Assembly (NCBI GenBank): GCA_021432655.1
Contig: MU271272.1
Span: forward strand, 1 to 64,000
Source of the DNA: Atractiella rhizophila
Taxonomy: Eukaryota
Reading direction: 5' to 3'
DNA: 64,000 nt
Part shown: in pieces, positions 51,601 through 64,000 of the stretch
Layout: each line of letters opens with the position of its first letter
Numbering within the stretch: the stretch's first letter is position 1
Made by a program: the position numbers and the translations under genes
The notes under the pieces: model-generated
Database searches by the model: none
What the model saw: only the letters and a program-made list of their open reading frames with translations
Told to the model about the DNA's origin: nothing

Positions 51601-51653
51601 TCTGAGTCGTGCTCGATGACGGCTCGTTTGGCTGCTGCACGCTTTGGTGGCAT
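48648..51653 (-). CDS. BRN1: Condensin I kleisin subunit CAP-H (Brn1/Cnd2/barren)
   Basis: EEWIKMATDNKINANNTW.LALIDYF, NFAKASATLDGCVKIWTSRVDS, VDPLFKKTSADFDEGGA.GLL, NWAGPEHWK, KRVDVRKLK, SFCFICLLHLANEKGL. Confidence 0.95.
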
Positions 51654-51817
51654 CGCTCGTTTCGGGATGACTTCGCTCGATGCTGAATGCTTGTTTTCGA
51701 ACGCGCACCTTTCCTGTGGATCATTGCACGTGACATGTCAACCAAGCTGCATGGTTTTCATGAGGTTTGCACCAATTTTTTCTTCAGAATCTTTTGACCA
51801 GCGGCGAGAAAGAAACG

Positions 51818-53388
51818 ATGGCGCCAAAGCCTGCCAGCAGCTTGAAGCAAGGAAAGAAACGGAAGAATGAAGATATTTCCAATGGGAAGAGCGTGAAGAA
51901 AGCAAAGCTCGATGTTGGGCAGGGAGGCAAAGGTGCGAAATCAAATCAAGCTCAGGTAGAACGGCAGGTGGGAGATGAGAAGCGACTCAAAAGCATCTTG
52001 AAGAAGCCCAGCGAAGTGTCTGACACTCCCAAAGTAGCTTTAGGCAAAAGTGGGAAGAAAGAAAAGGAGTTAAAGAGGACTCCTCAGGTGGCTGCAGTCT
52101 CAGTTGCTGACAGAGATAACGCTTCCCTTCAACCCTCGACACCTTCAACGTCCATCTCTGCATTTGTGGGGACCTACGAACGGCTTCTCTACGGCGTCAA
52201 ATTTTCGTTTTCTCCCCAACCAACTCTCCAGCCAATCTTTTCCTTCCCCGCCCACCTTTCCTGTCTCAAATCCCTTTGTACAGCAAAACGAGGTCGATAT
52301 CTTCTCTCAGCCGGTACGGACGATGTTACGAAGCTATGGGACTTACGAAGGAAGAAGGAGGTTGGAATGCTTGCTGGCCTGGAGGGCACAGTAACCGACA
52401 TGGCAGAGGTGACAGAGTTAGCGAGTGTTGTCATCGCGACTGTTAACACCAGCGCATACGGAGGAGATGATAAGAAAGGAGGAACAATGTTTCTTTATCG
52501 AGAGAGGGATTGGGTGCTCTTACGGAGGTTTAAAGGACATAATTGTACGCTGTCCTCTTGTCAGCGAGAATCCATCCATAACAGGTTGTAGTGCGAACAA
52601 ATAGTATTTCGGTTCACCTAGCAGGCAGAGTTTGTCTGAGCGTCGGCGTGAGCGAGGGAAAGGATTCGCGGAAAAGGTACGAATTGAAGATGTGGGATCT
52701 GCTTGCTGGGAAAGAAGAAGGAAAATTGGGACTACATTCCGAACCCGACCTCATTCGCTTCAATGTTTCTGGCACACGCTTTGCAGTCATCTCACACTCC
52801 AACCTCACCCTGTATAGTACAGACATGCGTCCTCTCACCGAGCTCAACTCCTCTCCCAAGTCGGCTCGCTTTCATGACGTGAGGTTTTGGGAGTTTGATG
52901 GCAAGGAGAGGATGCTGGTTGCGTGTGAGGATGGGAAGGTGCGGGTGTATGATACCAGCACAGTAGTAGAGGGGCAAGAAGAGCCAGTGAAGGATGTTGC
53001 TGTCGTCAAGGGTCACTCCAACCGGTACGATGGTCCTGTATTTGCACCTTCCTCTCTGATTTTTTGTTGCGGCAGAGTGAAACGTATGGATCTCAGCTCC
53101 ATCCTACACGATGGCGAAGAAAAGATAATAATGACCACAATCTCCTCAGATGGTTGGGTTAACTTTTCGGACCTCTCCTCCCTTCGCACTTCCAGCGAAA
53201 GTGTCATTGAATTGGAACCAACTGTCAGATACGATACCAAGGGGATGAGGCTTGTTTGCCTTGCAGTGCAAGGCGTATCAAAAGAGGTGGATGCGGATAG
53301 TAGTGACGATGAGGACGGAAGTGAAAGCGAAGACGAGGACGAAGGAGCGGAAGTGGTCGAAATGTCGGAAGAGGAAACAGAGGACTAG
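51818..53388 (+). CDS. MAK11: 60S biogenesis WD40 protein Mak11/PAK1IP1
   Basis: FVGTYERLLYG, PIFSFPAH, KLWDLRRKKEVG, FKGH, GHSNRVKRM, TISSDG, YDTKGMRLVCL, acidic tail. Confidence 0.88.
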
Positions 53389-54067
53389 TGGTGGGATAAA
53401 TGATGCAATTTCATTCGCCTACACAATACCAAACATCCCTGTCACTGGTGCAGAGATGCTGCGAGCAACGATTCATAAATCATTGAGTTGGAGACGACAG
53501 AGCGCAAAGCTACAGGTCGAATGGATCGCTATTAAAAACGAATTTAGCAGGGAAGAATTAGGTAGAAAGACGGTAAGATGGAAACATTCGAAATGACTAA
53601 ATCTGATCTGTAAGTTAGAATGAATTAAATTGGTCTTTGAAAATAATGACGAAGAGATGGTTTGCTACATTGATAGCGCCAGAAGCACTAGAGTACATGG
53701 GCACATAAGCTAAAGGAAGCTAGTCCTCTGATGGGCACTGACAAATGAGCACGAAATGAGCACAGAGGTAATACATATAAATGAAATGAAATATGAAAGG
53801 GATTGAGACGATGAAGACCGGAGAAGTACAATTGGTACTTGGGAGAAACGGCCCTTTTGAAGTTATATCTGTGGAATTAAACCATCAATGGATAGCTTGT
53901 GGAGATTGGGAAGGAGTACACACGCTCAGAAATAATTCATCAAGTCGCATAACCGCCTAAGTGGATCTTCGCCATCGAACTGCTCTGAGTAGTGTGCAGC
54001 TCTGGGAGCGCAAGTTTTAACGTGATTCTTCGCGCAATTGTCAATATATTTAGAACGGAGAGTGGAT

Positions 54068-54426
54068 CTATTTGAGCACCTTGATGACTGATGGCTTCTT
54101 CGTGACGAAATTGAAGTGGCAGCCAACACATCTTTGGTGTTTCAGCCAGAAGTTGAAATCGGTATCCGGATTGATTTCAGTTCCATCGCGAAAAACATGA
54201 TAGAAGGTACTGCACACAATCGTTCATGCGAAGTGTGAATACACGTCCAACTTGAGACGGAAATAACGTACCCTGGGACGAAGGTACACATTTCGAATGG
54301 TTGTGAAGCAAAGGGATCTCCAGCGTGAATTAGATTGAAAAGTCGACTCTCCGAGACAAGCATCTGAACTTCATGAGCAAAGTAGAAAGTAACATGAGTG
54401 TCGTTGAGAACGATAACGATAGACAT
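54068..54426 (-). CDS. Small orphan protein (98 aa, 2 exons), copy 1
   Basis: GTACGT..GCAG intron joins MSIVIVLND..FVPG to TFYHVFRDG..KVLK*; the exonic differences from copy 2 that I found are all synonymous. Confidence 0.55.
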
Positions 54427-54517
54427 GATGGCTCTTGACGGCCCTGTGAACGACGATGACAAAGGCTGAAACAGTGAAAGCTCAAACTGGGACTGGACAG
54501 CAGAGCATCCTTTCCGA

Positions 54518-55261
54518 GGCGTGAGCGAGGGAAAGGATTCGCGGAAAAGGTACGAATTGAAGATGTGGGATCTGCTTGCTGGGAAAGAAGAAGGAAAATT
54601 GGGACTACATTCCGAACCCGACCTCATTCGCTTCAATGTTTCTGGCACACGCTTTGCAGTCATCTCACACTCCAACCTCACCCTGTATAGCACCGACATG
54701 CGTCCTCTCACCGAGCTCAACTCCTCTCCCAAGTCGGCTCGCTTTCATGACGTGAGGTTTTGGGAGTTTGATGGCAAGGAGAGGATGCTCGTTGCGTGTG
54801 AGGATGGGAAGGTGCGGGTGTATGACACCAGCACAGTAGTAGAGGGGCAAGAAGAGCCAGTGAAGGATGTTGCTGTCGTCAAGGGTCACTCCAACCGGTA
54901 CGATGGTCCTGTATTTGCACCTTCCTCTCTGATTTTTTGTTGCGGCAGAGTGAAACGTATGGATCTCAGCTCCATCCTACACGACGGCGAAGAAAGGATA
55001 ATAATGACCACAATCTCCTCAGATGGATGGGTTAACTTCTCGGACCTCTCCTCCCTTCGCACTTCCAGCGAAAGTATCATTGAATTGGAACCAACTGTCA
55101 GATACGATACCAAGGGGATGAGGCTTGTTTGCCTTGCAGTGCAAGGCGTATCAAAAGAGGTGGAAGCGGATAGTAGTGACGATGAGGACGGAAGTGAAAG
55201 CGAAGACGAGGACGAAGGAGCGGAAGTGGTCGAAATGTCGGAAGAGGAAGCAGAGGACTAG
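54518..55261 (+). pseudogene. 5'-truncated duplicate of MAK11
   Basis: Begins mid-exon at the duplication junction; near-identical to 52645-53388. Confidence 0.85.
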
Positions 55262-55943
55262 TGGTGGGATAAATGATGCAATTTCATTCGCCTACACAAT
55301 ACCAAACATCCCTGTCACTGGTGCAGAGATGCTGCGGGCAACGATTCGAATAAATCATTGAGTTGGAGACGACAGAGCGCAAAGCTACAGGTCGAATGGA
55401 TCGCTATTAAAAACGAATTTAGCACGGAAGAATTAGGTAGAAAGACGATATGATGGAAACATTCGAAATGATTAAATCTGAGCTGTAAGTTAGAATGAAT
55501 TAAATTGGTCTTTGAAATAATGACGAAAAGAGATGATATGCTACACTGATAGCGCCAGAAGCACTATAGTACATGGGTACATAAGCTAAAGGAAGCTAGT
55601 CCTCTGATGGGCACTGACAAATGAGCACGAAATGAGCACAGAGGTAATACATATAAATGAAATGGAATATGAAAGGGATTGAGACGATGAAGACCGGAGA
55701 AGTACAATTGGTACTGGGATAAACGGCCCTTTTGAAGTTGTATCTGTGCAATTAAACCATCAGTGGACTAGCTTGTGGAGATTGCGAAGGAGTACACACG
55801 CTCAGAAATAATTCATCAGGTCGCATAACCGCCTAAGTGGATCTTCGCCATCGAACTGCTCTGAGTAGTGTGCAGCTCTGGGAGCGCAAGTTTTAACGTG
55901 ATTCTTCACACAATTGTCAATATATTTAGAACGGAGAGTGGAT

Positions 55944-56302
55944 CTATTTGAGCACCTTGATGACAGATGGCTTCTTCGTGACGAAATTGAAGTGGCAGCC
56001 AACACATCTTTGGTGTTTCAGCCAGAAGTTGAAATCCGTGTCCGGATTGATTTCAGTTCCATCGCGAAAAACATGATAGAAGGTACTGCACACATTCGTT
56101 CATGCGAAGTGTGAATACACGTCCAACTTGCGACGGAAATAACGTACCCAGGGACGAAGGTACACATTTCGAATGGTTGTGAAGCAAAGGGATCTCCAGC
56201 GTGAATTAGATTGAAAAGTCGACTCTCCGAGACAAGCATCTGAACTTCATGAGCAAAGTAGAAAGTAACATGAGTGTCGTTGAGAACGATAACGATAGAC
56301 AT
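55944..56302 (-). CDS. Small orphan protein (98 aa, 2 exons), copy 2
   Basis: ATG at 56302, intron 56086-56147, TAG at 55944; the spliced length is 297 nt. Confidence 0.6.
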
Positions 56303-57868
56303 GATGGCTCTTGACGGCCCTGTGAACGACGATGACAAAGGCTGAAACAGTGAAAGCTCAAACTGGGACTGGACAGCAGAGCATCCTTTCCGCTTCCTTT
56401 TAAGCCGCTGCTCTCTCCCATAATTGGATCGTGGGTAGTATTTTGGAACCCCAAAAGCAATGGTGGCTCAAGGAGTGTGCACATATACCATGATCGACCG
56501 ATAGGCTCAGTAGTGAATCGACTTCGAAGCAAACGGTCTGAAGACAAGACGCCAGCACAGAGGAGTGCTCGACAGCCTGTTCAAATTGTGATTTGCCGGT
56601 AGGTCGGGGGAAAAATTTCTTTCATCGGGGCAGAGGACAGTCAACAAGGGTTTGCAGCAAGGTGCACTACGCGATCAGAGCTGCAAACAAACGAAAGCAC
56701 GGCCGATAACTAGGCCGATCATCTCAATTCTGCGGCAATCGCAAATTGTTTTGAATTCGGAGCTTCGATAGACGTTCAATACACTCGATGAAGAATGCAT
56801 TCAGCCTCACATTGAGTTGAAAACCCGCTGAAGTTAGAGCTATCCGGCCGCCGCGAAGGCGGAAAGATTGATGAAGACATCAAAGTTCCTGGATTTTTCG
56901 TAAAACTACCTGTGGCCTCAGGAGTCTGCAAACTATTGGCAGAAGGTCTTTCTTCTGTCTCTCGTGACCTCCTGAGCTCAATTTTGAGCATGAGCGGTAA
57001 TTGGGAGCAGGGACGAAGACAGGGTTTACATCGTTACATTAATTAGAGAGGATGGGGAACCCTCGCCTGCAAGCAGCTGCAAGAGAAATGGAGGTGACAA
57101 AGGGAGGACAAAGGGACGGGTGCAGTTCGCAAAGTCTTTGTCCCCGTCAATGGGTCATGAATAGAGAACCAGAACCAGGAAGGAGATACGCTCAAACAAC
57201 TTAGGCTAACTAAGCTCGTCGATTGCGGCGGGTAAATATTGATGAAATGGAGAACAGTCACCCAAAACCTAAGGATAAATATTTTCATGTCACCCACGAT
57301 GCGCGACTCCAGCTCAATACGGGAGCTCATCGAGTCGATAAGAACCCGAGAACAGCACATGCATAGTAAGGATGAGCTAGTTCTGCGTACTCCCCATTCA
57401 GTGCGGCAATTCGTTCAGCTTCCGCCGGGACAACTTCGATCGCTCTCTTCTGTTCCAGAACACTTCTAACACAAGACGAGCTGGGAAAGAATCACGGAAC
57501 CCACACATCGTGAGACTGTCGGTCCCTCACCTGTCTCATATCTCAAAGACGACCCAAACCTCAAGCCGACACAAGAGGTTCTGACAAGCGACTCACTCTT
57601 TACTGCCTATCCCCAATCCATGTCCTTTGTAGCGCCATTGCAATGACATCAACAACATTTCAGGGCACTTTCTGAAGCTGAATCGTATGGAATTGTTGAA
57701 AAGACAACAAGGAAAGCAAATATTGGCCTCCGTCGCAATGACTTGATGACACCTGCTTCACACAGGTCAAGTCACGTTCTTTCCCATGGCACCGGAACAA
57801 TCCCGCCCACTTTGTAGTTATCTATATCTTGTTGTCTTAAAACTTCTAACATTTTATCGAGCCTTGGA

Positions 57869-57931
57869 ACGCGTGATTGGGAGCCGGCAAGGGATCTTCA
57901 ATAGAAAGGACAAGCAGACGCGTTATTTTGG
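57869..57931. promoter_or_regulatory. Two MCB-like ACGCGT elements just upstream of SMC2
   Basis: ACGCGT at 57869 and 57918, within 70 bp of the start codon. Confidence 0.4.
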
Positions 57932-57937
57932 ACAAAA

Positions 57938-60900
57938 ATGAGAATTCAAGGTGAGTATTTCATGTCGTGGTCGTGGTGTGGAACTGGTGAAGATGAAACC
58001 TTCAGAACTTATCCTGGACGGCTTCAAGTCGTATCCTACTCGAACTCAGATCTCTCTCTTTGATCCCAGCTTCAATGCCATTACTGGATTGAACGGTTCA
58101 GGCAAATCCAACATCCTAGATGCCATCTGCTTCTGCCTGGGACTCAACACCTCCTCAGTCTCTCTCCTTCGCGCACAATCTGCTCTCGACCTCATATATA
58201 AACGCGGAAATGCCGGTGTCACGCGTGCGAGCGTTACAATTGTCTTTGACAATACGGACAAGCGCCCCGGGAAGTGCCCAGTAGGAATGGAAGCGGAGAA
58301 CCAAATCACTGTGATGCGAATGGTTAACGTCAGTGGATCGGGGAAATATTTGGTCAACGGGCACGTCGCTACAGTGACACAGGTGCAGAATATGTTCATG
58401 AGCGTAGGATTGAACGTTAATAATCCAAACTTCTTGATCATGCAAGGTAAGCATTAATTGTGGAAATTTCAGATCAAGGAGCGCGGGTTGCTTGTGCAAG
58501 AATCTTTGCCGCGGCTCGATGTTGGAACCACACTGATTCCTCAGACATGTCTTGGATGCAGCAAACAAAGTTTTGCGTTTAGGATCGACGCGCTGATGGG
58601 CTTTGAACAGGCAAGATAACGAAGCTGCTGTCTCTATCTCCAGTTCAGATTCTTTCTCTCATTGCGGAAGCTGCTGGCACCAATATGTTCGACGAGCGCA
58701 AGAAAAAGGCAGAACAGTCGATGGAGAAAAAGCAGCGCAACCTTCGCAACTGCAAAGACGTCCGTCATCACCACAATCCCAGCCCTTAACTGACTTCCTT
58801 TCTAGCAACTCGACGAGATTTCATCGAAGTTGGACAAACTTCGAGCAGAGAAACGTGATTGCATCGAGTACCAAAAGCTGGATGCGGAGGTCCAAACGCT
58901 GCAAATGCTTGAAGCGTCGATGGAGTGGATGGAGAAGCACAGCTCTTTGGAGAAAGGCAAAGAAGATGAGAAAAAACGTAAGAAGGAGCTCGTGAAAGGA
59001 AAGGAGCAGCTTGCGCGGTTCGAGAAAGAATTGGAAGCTATGAATTTAGAAGTAGAGCGACTGAGTAAAGCGCGCAGCAAGGTACCATTTCTGTTCGCCT
59101 GTCCCTCGCTAACATTTTCGTAGGAATTGTCCAAAGGAGGCAAGGTTGCGAAACTAGAAGAAGAATTACAGGGTCATGGCCTGGCGGTAGCCAAGTTGAC
59201 GACAGAAATGGAACTCAAAGAAGGGACTGTGAAAGATGAAGAGAAGAGGATTGAAGATCTCAAAAAGGAGGCCAACGATGTAAGTGACCTCGAGAATGGC
59301 TACAACGATGCTGATCCTCAATTGTAGCTGAGATTACAACGTGATCTGAAAAAGAAGGCCGACGCAGGACTATCAGACGAGTTCGCTTCTATAAAAGCTG
59401 CGCATGATAACACTGAATCGGAATTGCGCTCTCTTGAAGAACTGTACCAAACCCTTCAGACTGGGATTTCAACGACCGCGAATTCAAACACCAACAACGC
59501 CGGTGGATATCTTGGCAAAATTCAGACTGCGCAGTCTACCATTTCATCACTTCAAACCGAAACCGACCAAGCTCAAATCCGTATCGGACATTTGGAGAAG
59601 GAATTAAAGGAGAAAGAACCAGGAGCTCAGAATTCCCGGAAGGAAGGCGAAGCCTTGCGAGTCAAGGTTGAGCAGGGTAGGAAAGAGGTCGAAGCATTGC
59701 AGAAAAACCTGGAGAAGACTGGCTGGAGCACAGACAAGGAACAGAATTTGACATCAAGATTGCAGGCAGCACGCGAGCGCGTACGGGAAACTCGAGATGT
59801 CAGTCATTGTTGACCAATCTCAAGCAAGTCGTCCCAGTTGATGGTTATAATACAGCAACGAGATGTCGTGCGTTCTCGGCTGGCTGCCTTGGACTTTCAA
59901 TATTCGGACCCAGTACCAAACTTCGACCGCTCTAAAGTCAAAGGTTTGGTTGCAAATCTAATTAATATCGATCCAAAAAACTTCAAGTACTCAACGGCTC
60001 TGGAGATCTGCGCAGGTGGAAGGCTCTATAACGTGGTCGTCGAAAACGAGCAGGTCGGTTCACAGCTACTCAACAATGGCAAGCTACAGAAACGAGTTAC
60101 CCTTATCCCCCTGAACAAGATCTCAGCTTTCGTGGCCTCTGCTGAGGTGAGTATTCCAGCCAATTGAATTTGCTCTCGCTCAAACAACGTAGAAATTATC
60201 TGCTGCCAAATCGCTCGACCGTCAAACTGATCTTGCTCTCTCCTTGGTTGGATATGAGCATGACGTGGCGGCGGCGATGAAGTTTGTTTTCGGCAATACA
60301 CTCATCTGCGCCAATCCGGACTCTGCGAAGGCTGCTACCTTCCACAAAGATGTGCGAATGAAATCAGTGACTCTCGAAGGTGACGTTTACGATCCTTCCG
60401 GAACGCTATCAGGAGGTAGTCGTAGCAAGACAGAGAGTATCCTAGTCAGAGTTCAGGAGCTGCGTAAGGCAGAAGATGCGACTAAGGATGCTATATCACA
60501 GCTGGCGACCATTGAACAAGAATGTCAATCGCAGAAAGGGGTCATGGAGCACTTTAAAGAGGGATCGCGGAAGTTAGAGTTGAAGTTGCATGAGCTCAGT
60601 TTACTTGAGGATCAATTGAAGAACAGCAACACGACCATTGTGCGTTCCACCCACCCCCTGCTCCACATGTAATGGGTGTTACAGTTGGCAAATCGAGTCG
60701 ATGAGGTCAAAAAGGAGATATCTACGCTGAAGAGCTCGATTATTGAATGCAAGAAGAAGCAAAAGGCATCTGAAGCAGAGATCGCTCAGTTGGAGAAGGA
60801 GATGGGCGAATTTGCTAACAATAAGGAGTCTAAACTGAAGAAGATGAAGGTCTGTCTCTTTCTGGATGTATTTGGTATACCTATACCGGGACTAGGAAGA

Positions 60901-62670
60901 TATTGCTAAACGTAAAACGGATTTGATGAAGAATGGTCAAACCCTCAAGACTAAACAGAAGGAGCTGAGAGCGGCAGAACTGGAATCAGGTTTGCCACGG
61001 TTTCCCTTCTGTGACTGGCTTTGGCTCACTGTGCACAGAAAACATGGACAGCGACATCCAAACTGCCGAAACAAAGGTCCAAGAAGCTTTGAGCGGTCTT
61101 GAACAGCTCAAGAAGGAACCTGAAAAGGTAAAGAGAACCTTGTCTAAAGCTCAGGTACATTGTACACCCTGCTGTTCTGCGTTCTGACTATTGTTCAGGC
61201 GGAACATGACAAGTGTGAGATGAAACTGAGGGAGGAAACAAAGATGCTTTCATCCTTTCAGACCGAACTGGATGAGCTCGACAAGGCAATGACGAAGAAG
61301 AAGGCAGACATTTCTGATTGCCAGCTCAAAGTCAAACAGCTCGACAATGCTATTGATCGATTCAATAAAGAGAAAGACCTCTTAGTCGACCACATCAAGA
61401 GCCTCGAGAAACAATATCCTTGGATCAGCGAAAAGAAAGGGTATGGGATGCTCAGTTGTGCTTCATCGATACTAAAAGACTCTGTAGATTCTTTGGCCAA
61501 ACCGGTACCCCTTTCGACCCAAGAGGGAGGACATTGGAGCAGGTTGGCAGCGACAAGGAAACAATGCGCCAGAAGACGCTAAAACTGAAGCGAAAGTTGA
61601 ACGTGAAAGACACAGATGAAGATTATATGGCCAAGATTGTGCAAAACCTTGAACAGTCCGTCCCCTTCCACCATACGAGGCTATGATTGTGACATCACTT
61701 CTAGTCAGGAGAAGCAGGAGAAGAAAGTGCAAAAGATGTACGAACAAGTGCTGAGGGACAAAGAGAATATCCAGAACACAGTCACAAAGTTACTCGACCA
61801 CAAGCGAGAAGCTCTGACGACAACATGGGAGAAAGTCAATGTGTAAGACGGCGAGAAATTGTTCAAAGTGTTGCTAACAGTTAATTCAGAGACTTCGGCG
61901 CGATTTTTGGAGATCTCCTTCCCGGAAACACATGCAAACTAGAGCCAATGCAAGGAAAGGATATTACTGAAGGTCTTGAGGTCAAAGTGCGGTTGGGGCA
62001 GGTCTGGAAAGCAAGTTTGACAGAACTCAGTGGAGGACAACGGTACGAGTTGCTACTTTTCTGACCCACGTTATTTAATTACTTGGAGTGGCGCAGTTCA
62101 CTGATCGCTTTGAGCCTGATCATGGCCATGCTTCAGTTCAAACCAGCGCCGATGTACATTTTGGACGAAATAGACGCTGCCCTCGACCTCAGTCACACTC
62201 AGCACATAGGTCACCTCTTCAGGACTCGTGTGTCTCTTTAATTTCGCCTTGACGAGGTTTTCATTTGTGGCGGACCTAGGATTCAAGGGGAGTCAATTTA
62301 TCGTGGTTTCGTTAAAGGAGGGCCTGTGAGTTGTCTGACGAAATTATTTGATTTGCCCTGACATTCTCCCTTTCAGCTTCAACAATGCCAATGTCCGTTG
62401 GCACTGCTCTGTTTTTTCCCTGCCAGACAACTGAATATCCTATAGGTCCTCTTCCGTGCTCGCTTTGTGAATGGCACTTCTGTCGTCGAAGTGTGTAGCT
62501 TCACTTTGCATTTGCGACCTTGCTAAACCTGTGTCTAGCGGACTGTTCAACGAACAGCTTCAGCTGTTTATGACGATGAAAGAACAACCGATGTACCAGC
62601 AGTGCCAACTGGACCTCGGCGGAGTAGGGTTGGAGGGCGAGCTGGGGGTCTCTTGAGCGTAAACGCTTGA
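57938..62670 (+). CDS. SMC2: Condensin ATPase subunit SMC2
   Basis: Intron 57951-58005 gives [14 protein letters not shown]; Walker [20 protein letters not shown], hinge ([17 protein letters not shown]), [22 protein letters not shown]. Confidence 0.96.
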
Positions 62671-63065
62671 GTAGACATGTCGAACACTAAATGCCTCGCT
62701 GTCTGTCTATCATAATGTTTGAAGAAGCATGATGATCGTTCGTTTTTTCACGTCCTGTATTTTTTAATGTAAGCCTCAGGCCATTTCCTGCAATCATTTT
62801 GTGAATCATGATGTATGTGAGAAATAAATCGTGGAACGAAGAGGAAGCTCAGTCCTGCGATCGACCTATCGCTGTTATGCTGGAGTTCATCACGTGACGT
62901 TCGGATAAGGTGCCTCTCTGAGTTCCGCGCTCTCTTCGGACGGTGTCAACCCTGAATGTGAACGGAATCCTGGCCTGTTGTCGTTCTGTGAGTGCTGTAT
63001 ACCTTAGCCTCATCTCATCTCAGGACTGACAATTTTGTTGTAGAACCCGACAACATAGAACCAAA

Positions 63066-64000
63066 ATGCCTGGCCCTCCCCATGGATCAATCGCACCAGC
63101 AGAGCCTTACGACCCTACAGATGATGATTTGGAACGCCCTGAAGCTTGTTCTCACAATAAATCTGTCCCCTTTTCAACAGTCTCAAATCTCCTGGAATTC
63201 ATGGAAGAAAAGAGGGGTGGAAAGCGTAAGGGCAAACGGGACGCGAAGAGGGAGTACCTCCATAAATTTTTTGAGGTGAGCTGCTTTGTATTCTTGGGAA
63301 GAAAGTGGGTCTGAAGACGTCTGAAAGGGTTGGAGAGCCAATGTCGGCATGAACTTGTATCCAGTCATAAGACTGCTGCTGCCAGATGTACGTAAGATGC
63401 GGCTAGTACTTTGTTCGAGCCTAATGCTCCTGCAGAAAGATCGTAGAAGGAATACTTATGGCGTCAAAGAGACTGTCCTTGCGAAGCTGTATTGTAAAGC
63501 TCTGAAACTTGACCCGGACCGAAATTCTAGCGGTCGACGACTCCTTCAGTGGAGAGCACCAACCTTTAGCAAAAGCCGTAGCCGATGGAATAAAGATAAT
63601 GAACAGAAGGTGGTCGTTTTGTTGCTTGCACGTACGACTTTGACGCAGTGCAATAGAAAATCAACGTTTCTGGAGACTTCTCACTTGTGGCATATGAAAT
63701 CATCAAAGCTAACGTGACGCCAAAGAAACGAGGTGAACTAACCGTGGATGAAGTTAATGAGTATCTGGACCTACTAGCAAGTCTTACGCCGTGAGTTCGG
63801 TTCCCCCGAAAAGCATCGTTGATCCTTGCCGTCAGGGATAAGAAACATGAAGCAATTGAAATCTTCGCTGACACGCTCACGCCGACAGAACAGAAATGGA
63901 TCATCAGGATTATCCTCAAAGGTTGGTCGTCTCCCTTTCAAGTCATCGTAATTGACAGAACGAAATAGACTTGAAAATTTCCATGAGAGAAACAACTGTT
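63066..64000 (+). CDS. LIG4: DNA ligase IV, N-terminal DNA-binding domain (truncated by window edge)
   Basis: YPVIRLLLPD.DRRR.TYGVKE..LAKLY, GDFSLVAYEII, LTVDEVNEYLD, EQKWIIRIILKDLKISMRE. Confidence 0.88.

Larger units (their letters stand above)
52645..56392. repeat. Direct tandem duplication of about 1.87 kb (52645-54516 / 54518-56392)
   Basis: Near-identical copies with a single extra A (54517) at the junction. Confidence 0.95.

Noticed and set aside
32296..56392. RIP-like mutation of the duplicated segments
   Set aside because: Differences include several transversions and indels with no clear C-to-T bias.
56400..57660. Possible small spliced gene upstream of SMC2 on the minus strand
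   Set aside because: Splice-like signals exist, but the candidate products are short and unrecognisable.
58447..58610. Longer (164-nt) SMC2 intron with a GC-rich hairpin as a possible snoRNA host
   Set aside because: No convincing H/ACA or C/D layout, and introns of similar length occur elsewhere in the window.

Overview
Compact, intron-rich fungal (basidiomycete-like) genomic DNA with about 24 spliced protein-coding genes; most introns are 45-65 nt. Recognisable genes: ERG4, a RhoGAP, MDM12, BUD31, a LisH/LUFS Q-rich regulator, an ARM-repeat protein, an MCH-type MFS transporter, a Ser/Thr kinase, VTC1, a metallo-beta-lactamase-fold protein, AFI1/MesA, uracil-5-carboxylate decarboxylase, an AA14 LPMO (two copies), condensin CAP-H, MAK11, condensin SMC2 and the 5' part of DNA ligase IV. 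The main structural anomaly is three near-identical head-to-tail duplications within about 24 kb (0.87, 3.4 and 1.9 kb). All have near-blunt junctions, and one junction carries a 690-bp mosaic of two unrelated gene fragments (FIT/Scs3 and an MDR oxidoreductase 3' end). These could be real rearrangements or two haplotypes/chimeric reads assembled in tandem; the sequence alone cannot decide. Also noted: two adjacent orphan genes with a shared N-terminal motif and intron position, and a small orphan gene supported by synonymous-only divergence between its copies. No tRNA, rRNA, CRISPR array or transposon was recognised. Exon boundaries were read by eye and family calls rest on recalled motifs, not database searches.
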